IMG/VR virus record: IMGVR_UViG_3300032018_000003
Strand: one strand, 5' to 3'
DNA: 64,000 nucleotides
Origin: a virus
Taxonomy: Duplodnaviria > Heunggongvirae > Uroviricota > Caudoviricetes
How positions within the stretch are numbered: the first letter of the stretch is position 1; each line of letters starts with the position of its first letter. Under the pieces are notes generated by a model. That model did not search any database, had not been told where the DNA came from, and saw only the letters and a program-made list of their open reading frames with translations. Below are positions 37,276-46,816 of the stretch, piece by piece. Made by a program: the position numbers and the translations under genes.

Positions 37276-38154
37276 ATGAATATGAAAATGTTATTAATTA
37301 TGGTGTTTACAATAATTCTGGGTGCAGGTATAGTATCTGCGTATACAACCACAGCAATGTGTAGTTACGCAACAACAACAGATGGTACTGATTGGAACCC
37401 AATGAGTAACGATACGTACACGACAATAACATTTACTGGAGACACTTCATTTAATTCATTAACTGACGTTACTCCTAGATTAAATACTACTTTTTTCTAT
37501 TGTGAGAATTTTGTACCAGCAAATAAATCAGTAAGTTCTTTATTCTATTATCATCCGGGTACTATTGTAGGTACTGCAGCTATTATGAATGTTACTAATA
37601 GTACAGGAACCGTTGTAGGTGGTGGTAATTATACAGTAGCAAACAATACCGCGGGATTAACAACATTAACATGGTCATTTAATACAGCTTCTTTTAATGA
37701 TACAACTTTAAGAGTATGTTATAATAAAACATTAGTTAAAGTTACAAACGTAGCATATAATGATATTGCACATCCAAACGGAGTATTATGTACTAGTTGT
37801 ACTTTATTATCAGCAACAGGTGGCGCAGATTTCGGACAGACTTATAGTGTAAGATTAGCAAGACCAGAACTTAACGGAACTAGTTATGCAGCATACTGGA
37901 CATTAGCAACACGAACTTGTGTAGCACGTGACGGATGCCAAGCAACAAGAACAATTGTGTTTGCAGGTTACGCATTAATTGCATTGTTTGCAATAGTAGG
38001 AGCAGCATTCTTTATAGTTAATATTGTAGGAAAAGGCGGAGCCGATATGGCGACTGCAGGAGTAATGGTAGTTACTATTATAGGACTTGCTATTGTTATA
38101 CTTGTAGGATACTTAATAACAGGAATTGTAAGTACCGCGATATGTACCGTCTAA
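37276..38154 (+). CDS. secreted, C-terminally membrane-anchored putative glycoprotein (292 aa, start set at MNMKM)
   Basis: AAAGGGAGGA SD upstream, a signal peptide, more than 12 N-x-S/T sequons and two C-terminal transmembrane helices. Confidence 0.55.
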   Translation: MNMKMLLIMVFTIILGAGIVSAYTTTAMCSYATTTDGTDWNPMSNDTYTTITFTGDTSFNSLTDVTPRLNTTFFYCENFVPANKSVSSLFYYHPGTIVGTAAIMNVTNSTGTVVGGGNYTVANNTAGLTTLTWSFNTASFNDTTLRVCYNKTLVKVTNVAYNDIAHPNGVLCTSCTLLSATGGADFGQTYSVRLARPELNGTSYAAYWTLATRTCVARDGCQATRTIVFAGYALIALFAIVGAAFFIVNIVGKGGADMATAGVMVVTIIGLAIVILVGYLITGIVSTAICTV

Positions 38155-38159
38155 TAGAA

Positions 38160-38181
38160 TAGACGGATTTATTTTTTTTTT
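38160..38181 (+). terminator. oligo-T (T10) terminator
   Basis: gacggatttatttttttttt lies directly after the stop of 37276..38154. Confidence 0.4.
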
Positions 38182-38248
38182 GATTATATTTTAGAAACAC
38201 AAAGTATATAAACATAACGTCCCCCATATATACTTTGGTGATCATAAT

Positions 38249-38509
38249 ATGAAAAAAGTAATATTAGTATTGATGTGTTTGGTGTTAGCACAAGCAGCAT
38301 TCTCATTAAATTTTGAATTGAATAAAGACACAGATTTTACTAAAGAGAGATGTTTAATAAAAATGTCTTATGCGGACGATAGTAGATATTTTGTACAACA
38401 GTGTGCACAACCAACATATTTAGATATGTTTTATTCTACACACAAAGTACCGTTTGGTTATTTATATGAAAATAATCTAAAGGTAGCACCTATCTTTTGT
38501 AGTAATTAA
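38249..38509 (+). CDS. small secreted Cys protein (86 aa)
   Basis: Signal peptide MKKVILVLMCLVLAQAAFS. Confidence 0.45.
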   Translation: MKKVILVLMCLVLAQAAFSLNFELNKDTDFTKERCLIKMSYADDSRYFVQQCAQPTYLDMFYSTHKVPFGYLYENNLKVAPIFCSN

Positions 38510-38539
38510 TTTTTTTCTTTCTTTTTATCTTCTAATTCT

Positions 38540-38561
38540 AAACAAATATATATATAAATCT
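38540..38561 (+). promoter_or_regulatory. plus-arm promoter motif copy
   Basis: aaacaaatatatatataaatct is nearly identical to the copy at 37203. Confidence 0.4.
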
Positions 38562-38681
38562 AATATGACGTATATGATTATATATTTACAGATATGACAT
38601 TCTTTCCAGATGCCCACATCTGTTTCCTTGGTATGTTCTCACACAACTATCAAGGTTTTATAATTATAGGAGGACAACACA

Positions 38682-39077
38682 ATGTTAAAACCAATACCAA
38701 GAATGAATATAATGGGTAAGATACTAGGCGGCACTACAGCAAGGACTGGCGGTGTAGTAGGCAATATTCTAGGACATAATAAGTTTGGTGGGGCGACAAT
38801 GAGTAGACAGCACCAATGGGGTTCATTCTCAACCACACAAAAGAATTCATTAAGAAAGAAGTATCCTGATTCTGATGGTGACGGAGTTCCTAATAGATGG
38901 GATTGTCAACCCCATAATAAAAGATTCCAAGAGGAAGAAGATGAAGATGAAGAGTATGACCAAGAAGAAAGTAAAAAATATTTTGAAGAATTAGAAAAAA
39001 AGAGAGAAAAAGAAGAAAAAGAAAAAAGAGAAAACTATTTATACTTTAAAGGATGGAAAAAAATGAGAGGAGAATAA
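38682..39077 (+). CDS. thrombospondin type-3 repeat protein with KE-rich tail (131 aa)
   Basis: YPDSDGDGVPNRWDCQP matches the DxDxDGxxDxxD calcium-binding repeat. GGAGG SD upstream. Confidence 0.5.
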   Translation: MLKPIPRMNIMGKILGGTTARTGGVVGNILGHNKFGGATMSRQHQWGSFSTTQKNSLRKKYPDSDGDGVPNRWDCQPHNKRFQEEEDEDEEYDQEESKKYFEELEKKREKEEKEKRENYLYFKGWKKMRGE

Positions 39078-39354
39078 ACAATGGCAAAAACCACACAAGA
39101 TATATTTAATAGAGTAATGAACGTGAAGTTTGAACAATCTATATTTTCACACAATAACAATAAAAAGAAAGGATCTAAAAGACACGAAGAAGAAGAGGAG
39201 GACGATTAATATGGCAGATACTAAAAAAACAGTAAATAAAATGTTAAGTGGACAACCAACCACATCAGAAAAGATTTATAAGAATACAACAAGTAAACCA
39301 CACGATAAGATAGTTAATAAAATAATTAAAAGATAGTTGGGAGACTAAATAACA

Positions 39355-39675
39355 ATGGGTAATTTTTATAGTGATTATTTCTTTGGTAACAAAGACGGAC
39401 AATCATCTCAAGTACCGCAAGGTAATTCCGGTGGCGGAATGTATGGTGGTATACCAAGACGAACACCTTCGCTTGGCGGAAGTAGTATGTCTACGTTTGG
39501 ACAAGGAGTACCGGCAAAAAGAACTTTCTATTCAAGAAATAGCATGCAAGAAGCTGAACAAATGTGTATTCAAGCAGGGTATAGACCAATAGGTAAATTA
39601 GTTAATAAACATGGACAAAATATTGTCTTTGGCCGAATAATTCAACAACAAGCACAACAAAGAAGTTATAATTAA
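39355..39675 (+). CDS. Gly/Ser/Gln-rich hypothetical protein (106 aa)
   Basis: ORF from track. Confidence 0.35.
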   Translation: MGNFYSDYFFGNKDGQSSQVPQGNSGGGMYGGIPRRTPSLGGSSMSTFGQGVPAKRTFYSRNSMQEAEQMCIQAGYRPIGKLVNKHGQNIVFGRIIQQQAQQRSYN

Positions 39676-39876
39676 AGGTATTATAATGAACTCTCAACTT
39701 AAACTAGGTATTAGAACAGAACGAGAACATCGTAGTACTTATATGTTTATTCAAAACTATTATAAAAAGTTTGGTAAGATGCCGAGTCAAACTGATGTAT
39801 ATAAACACATTGCTTCTAATCATCTTTCTGAAAATCCTAAATATTATACAAAACTAAATAAAGCGAGGTTGTAATA

Positions 39877-42003
39877 ATGTTTAACATAGATAAATCATTA
39901 AAAAATATAATGGGTACTACTAAACGAAGTTCTAACACATTTAATTTTAAACAAAAGTCTCCTATGTTTAAACCAGTAACTTCTAATAGAACTAATAATA
40001 TAGTTAATAATATGTTATCTAATAAACAATACAAACCCGCGTCACCTAAAATGCAGATGCAATGGAAATCATTTTCTACACCAATGAAAAACATTATGCG
40101 TTCTAAATATCCTGATAGTGATGGTGACAGAATACCTGACCGATGGGATTGCAAACCAAATAATCCTTTTATGACAATGGCGTTTATATATCCAACAGAA
40201 CAGGAAATGAAAAGAACTGGTGTTAAAAAAATAAGTTTCCCAGTTAAAAAATTATATAATATGAGAGCTGATTATGGCATTGATAAAACAAAAACATTTC
40301 GTGGAGATAATACATCTTTTAGTAATTCAGAGGAAAGAATTCGTACAAAGATAGAAAATGATTGGCGAGAAAAAAATAAAGAAAGAATAGAATTAAATAG
40401 TAACGTAAATCAACTTTTATTAGATGATGCTATTAGAACAAATACATTGGATGATTGGAACCCGACACGTATAGAACCTCCATATCCTGAAAGAAAAGAA
40501 GTGTTTAAAGAATATGTTAAAGAAGAAAAAGATAAATATGAAAAAGAAAAAGGATTTAAATTAGGTTCTCCAAAAATAAAAAAAAGTAGTTATTATTATG
40601 TTGCGACTTTACCAATAAAGTTTACTAAAGAACAATTAAATGAAAAAAGAAAAAATGTAATGGTAACAGGTCATACACAAGTAGAAGAAGATTTTATGGG
40701 TAGACATGGTGGGTATATTCCAAATTCTCCTGAAGCTGATAAATATATGAATAATTTAACAGAAGCTATACAATCAGAAAAACCACTCGTGCCACCAATT
40801 GATTTATCTATGAACGATATAAGAAATAAACATACTGGTGAAGCTCGACATAGATTAAGTGTATTACAAAATATAAAACAAAAAAATGTAGATATTATAG
40901 TACCAGACACTCACGATTATAAAACTATAATACATAAAGGAAATTTAAAAATAGTTCCTAGAAGTGAAGAAGAAGAAAAAGAATGGAGAAGAAACAGAAC
41001 TCCAGTAGAACAAATATATCCGGAACATGCACCAATAGAAAAACAACAAGAGTGGAAAAATACACCAGAAGCAGAGAAGGAAGTTATTAGAGAATTATTA
41101 CCCGATGGTGATGGTGACAATAAACCAAAAGGATTTGATTGTGATGATACTAATAAAAATAAACAGGATAGTAAACCTAACAGATTAATGCGACAAAGAA
41201 TTGATAACGCAAATATTCAATTTCTTCATCCAAACGTCAAAACTGCTTTTCGTAATCAATCTTCAATTATACCAGATAAATATAGACAAAACGTTTTTAT
41301 GGGAACTTTAAAAAGACATCCAGAAATAATAACAGAAATAGAACGTAAACCCAAAGTTTCTTTTATGTTATATAACGAAAAAGAATATAAACAAATGTAT
41401 CCTGAAAGAAAAAATATACCTAACGGCGTAATGTTAAGTCAATCATATAATCGTTTACATGGCGAAGATTTGGAAGATTCTCTTGTAGTAGCATTAAATA
41501 TAGATAAAGGGGCAAATCGTTCTCCACAACAAAGAGCAAGAACAACACTACATGAGTTTGGACATGTTCATAGTTATCAAACACAACCAAAAGGTGCTTT
41601 TGTAGAACGGTATGGTAGAGAATTAGCAAGAAAGGTTCCGTATGAGGAACTGACAGAAGAAAAAATAGCAAACGAATACGCCGATTCTATAATGTATGCT
41701 GCTCCAGAAGAAAAAAGATATAATGAAATTACTAATATAAAAGCGCAAGAAATAAAAGAAAGGGATGAAAGTTCAAAAAAACAAGGAGTTTCTCGAGAAG
41801 AAATTGTTCCACAACTAGTAGATGAATGGAATTCTTTTTTAGATGAACAATCAAACGTTGTAAAACAAAAAAAAGAAGAACGATCTTATGAAGAGCATAG
41901 AAAATTATTTAATGAAGATACTCCTATAGAACCCTCTATCGAACAAGATACTCAAGAATACCCTCGTGACAGAGAAGATAAAATGAACGTGTGGGAAAAG
42001 TAA
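39877..42003 (+). CDS. HExxH zinc metallopeptidase with two thrombospondin type-3 repeats (708 aa)
   Basis: TTLHEFGHVH zinc motif. YPDSDGDRIPDRWDCKP and LPDGDGDNKPKGFDCDD repeats. The N-terminus is a paralog of 38682..39077. Confidence 0.55.
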   Translation: MFNIDKSLKNIMGTTKRSSNTFNFKQKSPMFKPVTSNRTNNIVNNMLSNKQYKPASPKMQMQWKSFSTPMKNIMRSKYPDSDGDRIPDRWDCKPNNPFMTMAFIYPTEQEMKRTGVKKISFPVKKLYNMRADYGIDKTKTFRGDNTSFSNSEERIRTKIENDWREKNKERIELNSNVNQLLLDDAIRTNTLDDWNPTRIEPPYPERKEVFKEYVKEEKDKYEKEKGFKLGSPKIKKSSYYYVATLPIKFTKEQLNEKRKNVMVTGHTQVEEDFMGRHGGYIPNSPEADKYMNNLTEAIQSEKPLVPPIDLSMNDIRNKHTGEARHRLSVLQNIKQKNVDIIVPDTHDYKTIIHKGNLKIVPRSEEEEKEWRRNRTPVEQIYPEHAPIEKQQEWKNTPEAEKEVIRELLPDGDGDNKPKGFDCDDTNKNKQDSKPNRLMRQRIDNANIQFLHPNVKTAFRNQSSIIPDKYRQNVFMGTLKRHPEIITEIERKPKVSFMLYNEKEYKQMYPERKNIPNGVMLSQSYNRLHGEDLEDSLVVALNIDKGANRSPQQRARTTLHEFGHVHSYQTQPKGAFVERYGRELARKVPYEELTEEKIANEYADSIMYAAPEEKRYNEITNIKAQEIKERDESSKKQGVSREEIVPQLVDEWNSFLDEQSNVVKQKKEERSYEEHRKLFNEDTPIEPSIEQDTQEYPRDREDKMNVWEK

Positions 42004-42322
42004 ACTATATAAATATAAATATTATTCTATATTATATGTTATATAAAGTGTTAAGAAATCTTCTATTTTTGATAGTATTGGGGTATATTACATTGAGTAC
42101 TATTCAAACTTTAATAGTAGCCATTCATAAAGAACAAATATGTACTGTTGCGAATCCAACGGGAGAAATTTCTAAAGGATATGTTTCTGCACTAAAGACA
42201 TACCAACCGTTACACAACACAACTTGGGTAGATAAAAATATATTACAACGCGGAATACAGTTTGAAGTTTGGAGAAATAGTTTACCTATAAGTTGGACTT
42301 TTTGGATGAAGTGTTAAGAAAC

Positions 42323-42340
42323 ACAAACTATATAAATACC
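42323..42340 (+). promoter_or_regulatory. plus-arm promoter motif copy ACAAACTATATAAATACC
   Basis: Lies 55 bp upstream of 42395. Confidence 0.4.
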
Positions 42341-42394
42341 TATAAGTATTATAATTAACATAAAACGTAAAACAACGTTTGGAGACGTAAACCT

Positions 42395-42988
42395 ATGGTA
42401 AATGAATTTGAAGACAGCGAAGAACAACCGCCAAAAGAAGCAGGATTTTCTAAGACTTTTGAAGACACTACAGAACCACAAACAGATGACATAATGGCAT
42501 CCGGGTCAAACAGTATTACTTTTGATTGGAAGAATGCTAAGAAAAAATCTAAGTTTGCAGCAAGAACCGACCTTAATGGTAAAACAGTAGAAATCGTTTC
42601 TGCCGATATTGAAATTCCAGGAGTAGACTTACCTTGGAGCACTACAAGAGACAAAACAAAAAAGGTTAAATACTGTACATTGAAAATAACATATGATAAC
42701 GGGCAAGGCGAAAATTTTTCAGGGGTAAGAATATTTGAAAGAATAGAAAAAGGTAAATCTCTTTATTCGCAACCTAGCTGGACTAAGGATAGACAAAACC
42801 AAGCAAGTGAATTGTTAGGATATTATGCAGACTTTAAGAAAAAGGATATTAATTCTGTGGACCCAAATACTGAACTGATGTCGTTTCTAAACAGCCATCC
42901 GAAAGTATTAATTAAATCTGTCGAAGTAGAAAATCCTAAGACAAGAGAAAAGTTAAAGAAAAACCTAATTGGTTCTTTTATTAATTAA
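42395..42988 (+). CDS. hypothetical protein (197 aa)
   Basis: ORF from track. The promoter motif ACAAACTATATAAATACC lies upstream. Confidence 0.35.
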   Translation: MVNEFEDSEEQPPKEAGFSKTFEDTTEPQTDDIMASGSNSITFDWKNAKKKSKFAARTDLNGKTVEIVSADIEIPGVDLPWSTTRDKTKKVKYCTLKITYDNGQGENFSGVRIFERIEKGKSLYSQPSWTKDRQNQASELLGYYADFKKKDINSVDPNTELMSFLNSHPKVLIKSVEVENPKTREKLKKNLIGSFIN

Positions 42989-43045
42989 TTTTTTTATTTT
43001 TTTCTTTTTATTTTAAATTTTAATTAGTTATATGTAGGTTAATGT

Positions 43046-43387
43046 ATGGAAAAAATAATTTGGAACAATAAAATAATAAAAGCAGATTTTAAAAAAGGAG
43101 ATAGAATTAAAGTTATTAATACTTTATTAATGTGTGGGCAATATTATAATTATGCAAGAATTTTTATGAAATATAATATTATGTTAGAAGTTAAAAAAAT
43201 TCATAAATGTACACATTGTAATAAAAAAACAAAACCGTTTTTCACGTATGGATGTAGTATAATAAAAAAAGATAATGATAAATTAATAAAAACATTGGAA
43301 AAAGTAAAAAAACCAGACGATGTTTTAATATTTGATTATGCAACATTATTATATTATTATAGATGTAATGATATAAAAAAGGTATGA
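43046..43387 (+). CDS. hypothetical protein with CTHCNKK motif (113 aa)
   Basis: ORF from track. Confidence 0.3.
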   Translation: MEKIIWNNKIIKADFKKGDRIKVINTLLMCGQYYNYARIFMKYNIMLEVKKIHKCTHCNKKTKPFFTYGCSIIKKDNDKLIKTLEKVKKPDDVLIFDYATLLYYYRCNDIKKV

Positions 43388-45561
43388 AAATGATAAGAAG
43401 TTCATTTTCCCAAACTAATATGTTTAGTCACTACCCTCGTCAATGGTATTTTAAGTATGTATTAAAGATTAAGGAAGTATCAGATTTTTCTTACGCGAAT
43501 GGTGGTACAGCCGTACACAAAACCGTTGAACAATTATTATTAAAAAACATAACTGAAATTGAAGCATTAAAAGAATTCTTTAATAACCAATGGGATAGTT
43601 TTAATTTAAGTAGTTCTATAATAAAACATATGAAAGACAAATATTGGTTAATGGTACTTAATGCAAGAGAACGAAATATTGAATGTACCGATATAGAAAG
43701 TGAAATAAATTTTCCTGATGTTCGTATGTTTTTAGATATATTAAATAAAAACACTTGGGAAATTAGAGATTTAAAGACGAGTAAACGTGATGATAAACAC
43801 GATAAAGAATATACCGATCAAACATTACTATACGCGTGGGGAATATTGCGACAATATAATGTACTCCCGAGAAAACTAACTGTCGATTATTTACAATATT
43901 CCGGTAGTAAAGGTATATTAGAAATTGTACCAACACAACAAGACATTGATAGAATTTCTAAATGGTATAACGATTGTGGATCAGAAATGGAAGCGTTATC
44001 TAATTTAAAGATTTGTCCAGCTAAATGTAAAGAATGTAACCCGTGGTGTAGTTTTACAAAAGAATGTGCTGCAGAAGAGAATGAATTTACTGTTAAATTA
44101 AATATATGGAACAGTTTAATATTTATTAATTGCGAGTTTAATGATATAATAAATAAACAATTACATAAGAAATTTAGTTATGTTCAAACCAAAGACGCAT
44201 ATATGAATAAGAAATGGAACAAACAAAACCCCACTATAGATTTTTATAATGAAACTAAACATAGTTTACCATTAGGGTTTAAGACACAACTAATAAAAAC
44301 GTTTACTGATTATTGTGAATGGAAGAAATGTAAACTAAATTTAATTATTAATGATACACGCCAGTTTAATGAAGCTAAAATAATAATGCCAGAAAAATTC
44401 TTGAACGGAAATGAGTTAAGATACTATCAAAAGGATGCAGTTAAAGTAGTATTAGATAATAAAATTGTTTCAATACAGTCCGCAACCGGAAGTGGTAAAA
44501 CAGAGATGTCAATAGATGTTATTAGACAATTAGGATATAAAACATTGTTTATTGTCGATAGAAAAGAATTAATGAAACAAACAATAGAACGAATAGAAAA
44601 ATGTTTAGGTGTAGAGGTTGGTAAGTTAGGTGAAGGGGAACGAGATTTAAAACATATTACTGTTGGTATGATACAAACAATTAATAGTAACATAAACAAT
44701 AACGATCAAGAAATTATAGATTATTTGAAAACAATTAGGTTTACTATATTTGATGAAGCTCATAAATGCGCAGCAGATTCTTTTATTACATTAAATAAGT
44801 GTCTTAATAATTCTGAATATAAACTTCTTATGTCGGGAACTTTAAGACGTAATGATGGAGAAGATATGAAATTATATTCTATTGGTGGTGAAATTAAATA
44901 TACCAAACAAGCAAAAGAATTAATAAACGAAGATATCCTTATGAATCCTAAAGTTTATTTTATTAAAGATTATATGACACGCGAACAAGAACACGAAATA
45001 AGACTATCGTGTAGTACAGGATTAATTAACGCGGAAGACCAATATCCTATTTTTTATGATAAGTTTATCGTTACAAATAGTTTAAGAAACGAATTAATAA
45101 AACAAGTAGTAGATGTAGTTAGTAAAAACAACAAGAAAGTTTTAATATTAGTTAAGTTGATAGAACATGGAAAAATATTAGAACAGTTAATTCCTAATAG
45201 TAAATATTTGTATGGCGAAACACCAAAAAAGGAACGGGAAGAAATATTTAACGATTTTTCTCATGGTAATCTTAATGTAATGATTTCTATGGTAACGATG
45301 ATGAGTGAAGGATTAGATTGGCCGTCACTTGAACTTTTTTTGATGGCGAGTGGTATAAAAACAGATAATAAAATAATACAAGGCATTGGCAGAATATTAC
45401 GTAAATGTAAAAATAAAGAACAACCAAAATATATTGATTTTATGGATTATGGTGGTATGATTAGGAATGCCAGCGTGTGTAGACGTCGTGCATTAAGACG
45501 TGAAGGATATTATATTAACGAAGTTACATTAGACGAGTTCATAGAAACACAAACTATATAA
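43384..45561 (+). CDS. Cas4-like RecB-family nuclease fused to SF2 DEAH helicase (725 aa)
   Basis: N-terminal nuclease motifs and the Cys cluster CPAKCKECNPWCSFTKEC. C-terminal helicase motif I SATGSGKT, motif II FDEAH and motif VI-like QGIGRILR. Confidence 0.6.
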   Translation: MKMIRSSFSQTNMFSHYPRQWYFKYVLKIKEVSDFSYANGGTAVHKTVEQLLLKNITEIEALKEFFNNQWDSFNLSSSIIKHMKDKYWLMVLNARERNIECTDIESEINFPDVRMFLDILNKNTWEIRDLKTSKRDDKHDKEYTDQTLLYAWGILRQYNVLPRKLTVDYLQYSGSKGILEIVPTQQDIDRISKWYNDCGSEMEALSNLKICPAKCKECNPWCSFTKECAAEENEFTVKLNIWNSLIFINCEFNDIINKQLHKKFSYVQTKDAYMNKKWNKQNPTIDFYNETKHSLPLGFKTQLIKTFTDYCEWKKCKLNLIINDTRQFNEAKIIMPEKFLNGNELRYYQKDAVKVVLDNKIVSIQSATGSGKTEMSIDVIRQLGYKTLFIVDRKELMKQTIERIEKCLGVEVGKLGEGERDLKHITVGMIQTINSNINNNDQEIIDYLKTIRFTIFDEAHKCAADSFITLNKCLNNSEYKLLMSGTLRRNDGEDMKLYSIGGEIKYTKQAKELINEDILMNPKVYFIKDYMTREQEHEIRLSCSTGLINAEDQYPIFYDKFIVTNSLRNELIKQVVDVVSKNNKKVLILVKLIEHGKILEQLIPNSKYLYGETPKKEREEIFNDFSHGNLNVMISMVTMMSEGLDWPSLELFLMASGIKTDNKIIQGIGRILRKCKNKEQPKYIDFMDYGGMIRNASVCRRRALRREGYYINEVTLDEFIETQTI

Positions 45562-45570
45562 ATATAAAAC
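45549..45570 (+). promoter_or_regulatory. plus-arm promoter motif copy ACAAACTATATAAATATAAAAC
   Basis: Lies upstream of 45585. Confidence 0.35.
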
Positions 45571-45775
45571 GGTGTAATAACAATATGGAAATTAAAACTA
45601 AAAATCAAATATGTGAAACTTTTCATTGTCTTGGTGCAGCATTATCACCAACGCTTAGAAGAGATTTGGGTATATCACAAATAGAGTGGATGGAAATAAA
45701 AACTTATAGGGGAAAAGAGGAAACCTTTTCTATAGTAAAAGGAATGGGCAATAAAATACCGGGAGATGAATTAAA

Positions 45776-46480
45776 ATGAAGATTGACAAAACAGAGATAG
45801 TAAACTTTTTTAAGAAAATTAGAATGGATAAAGACGAAAAGATTGAAGAAGCAAAATTTAACTTTGATACTAATGGACTTAAAGTATTAGCAACGTCTAA
45901 TACTAAATCAACACAAGTGAGTGCATTATTAAAACCTGCTGCATTTAAAGAATATGAAAAAATTGGTGTAGTAGCAATAAACGATCTTACTAATGTTCAA
46001 GGAGTATTTGATAGATTTAAAGGAGTTATTACAATTAAAAAAAGTGGTAATTGTATGATAGTGAATGGGGACAACAAAAAAGTTGATATTGAATTGGTAA
46101 GCGAACAGTTTCTTGTAAATGAAAAAGAACCCCAAGGATTAGTTTTTGAGAACGAAATTATTATTGATAGTACAACATTAAAAGAAATTGTTGCAGACAT
46201 TGAACTTAATAAAGAAGCAGAATTAATTGTTACTACAGGAGATAAGGTAGTTAAATTTAGTAATACCGGAAAATATAAATTTGAGACTACACTTGAAGCA
46301 CCATTATGTAAAGTAGGAACTGTAGTAAAATTCGGTCAAGCATTTATTGATGCAACAAAAAATCTTAATGGTATGTTGAAACTACATGTAGGAACAAATT
46401 ATCCATGTAAGATTGTTGAAGAGTCTGATATAAGTACAATAAGTATAATTATTGCACCGCGTATAGCCGACTCAGAGTGA
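45776..46480 (+). CDS. candidate sliding clamp (PCNA-like), weak (234 aa)
   Basis: The size and alternating hydrophobic pattern fit PCNA, and it lies directly upstream of the RFC-like gene. No strict motif was seen. Confidence 0.35.
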   Translation: MKIDKTEIVNFFKKIRMDKDEKIEEAKFNFDTNGLKVLATSNTKSTQVSALLKPAAFKEYEKIGVVAINDLTNVQGVFDRFKGVITIKKSGNCMIVNGDNKKVDIELVSEQFLVNEKEPQGLVFENEIIIDSTTLKEIVADIELNKEAELIVTTGDKVVKFSNTGKYKFETTLEAPLCKVGTVVKFGQAFIDATKNLNGMLKLHVGTNYPCKIVEESDISTISIIIAPRIADSE

Positions 46481-46518
46481 ATTTTTTATTTTTTATAATA
46501 TGATAAGGAGATACAAAA

Positions 46519-46794
46519 ATGTCAACAAGTAATATATTATTTTGGTGCGCAATAGGTATTGCAGTATTAGGCTTAATTTATGTTGGTACGATTGAAACGA
46601 TAGGTACAAAAAATATAGATTGTTATGATGAACATAACCAAAAAATACTTGACCACGTGTGTGAAGAGAAACAAGCAATAAATATATTTGGAATGACTGG
46701 TTCGGAAAAAGAACTTTGTTCGTATTCAGTAATTGATATATTACTTATATTTATATTGTTTGCTGGTAGTATATTAACTATACGAATGTATTAA
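46519..46794 (+). CDS. small membrane protein (91 aa)
   Basis: AAGGAGA SD upstream and two transmembrane segments. Confidence 0.35.
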   Translation: MSTSNILFWCAIGIAVLGLIYVGTIETIGTKNIDCYDEHNQKILDHVCEEKQAINIFGMTGSEKELCSYSVIDILLIFILFAGSILTIRMY

Positions 46795-46816
46795 AAAAAT
46801 ATAATGAGGAACACAA

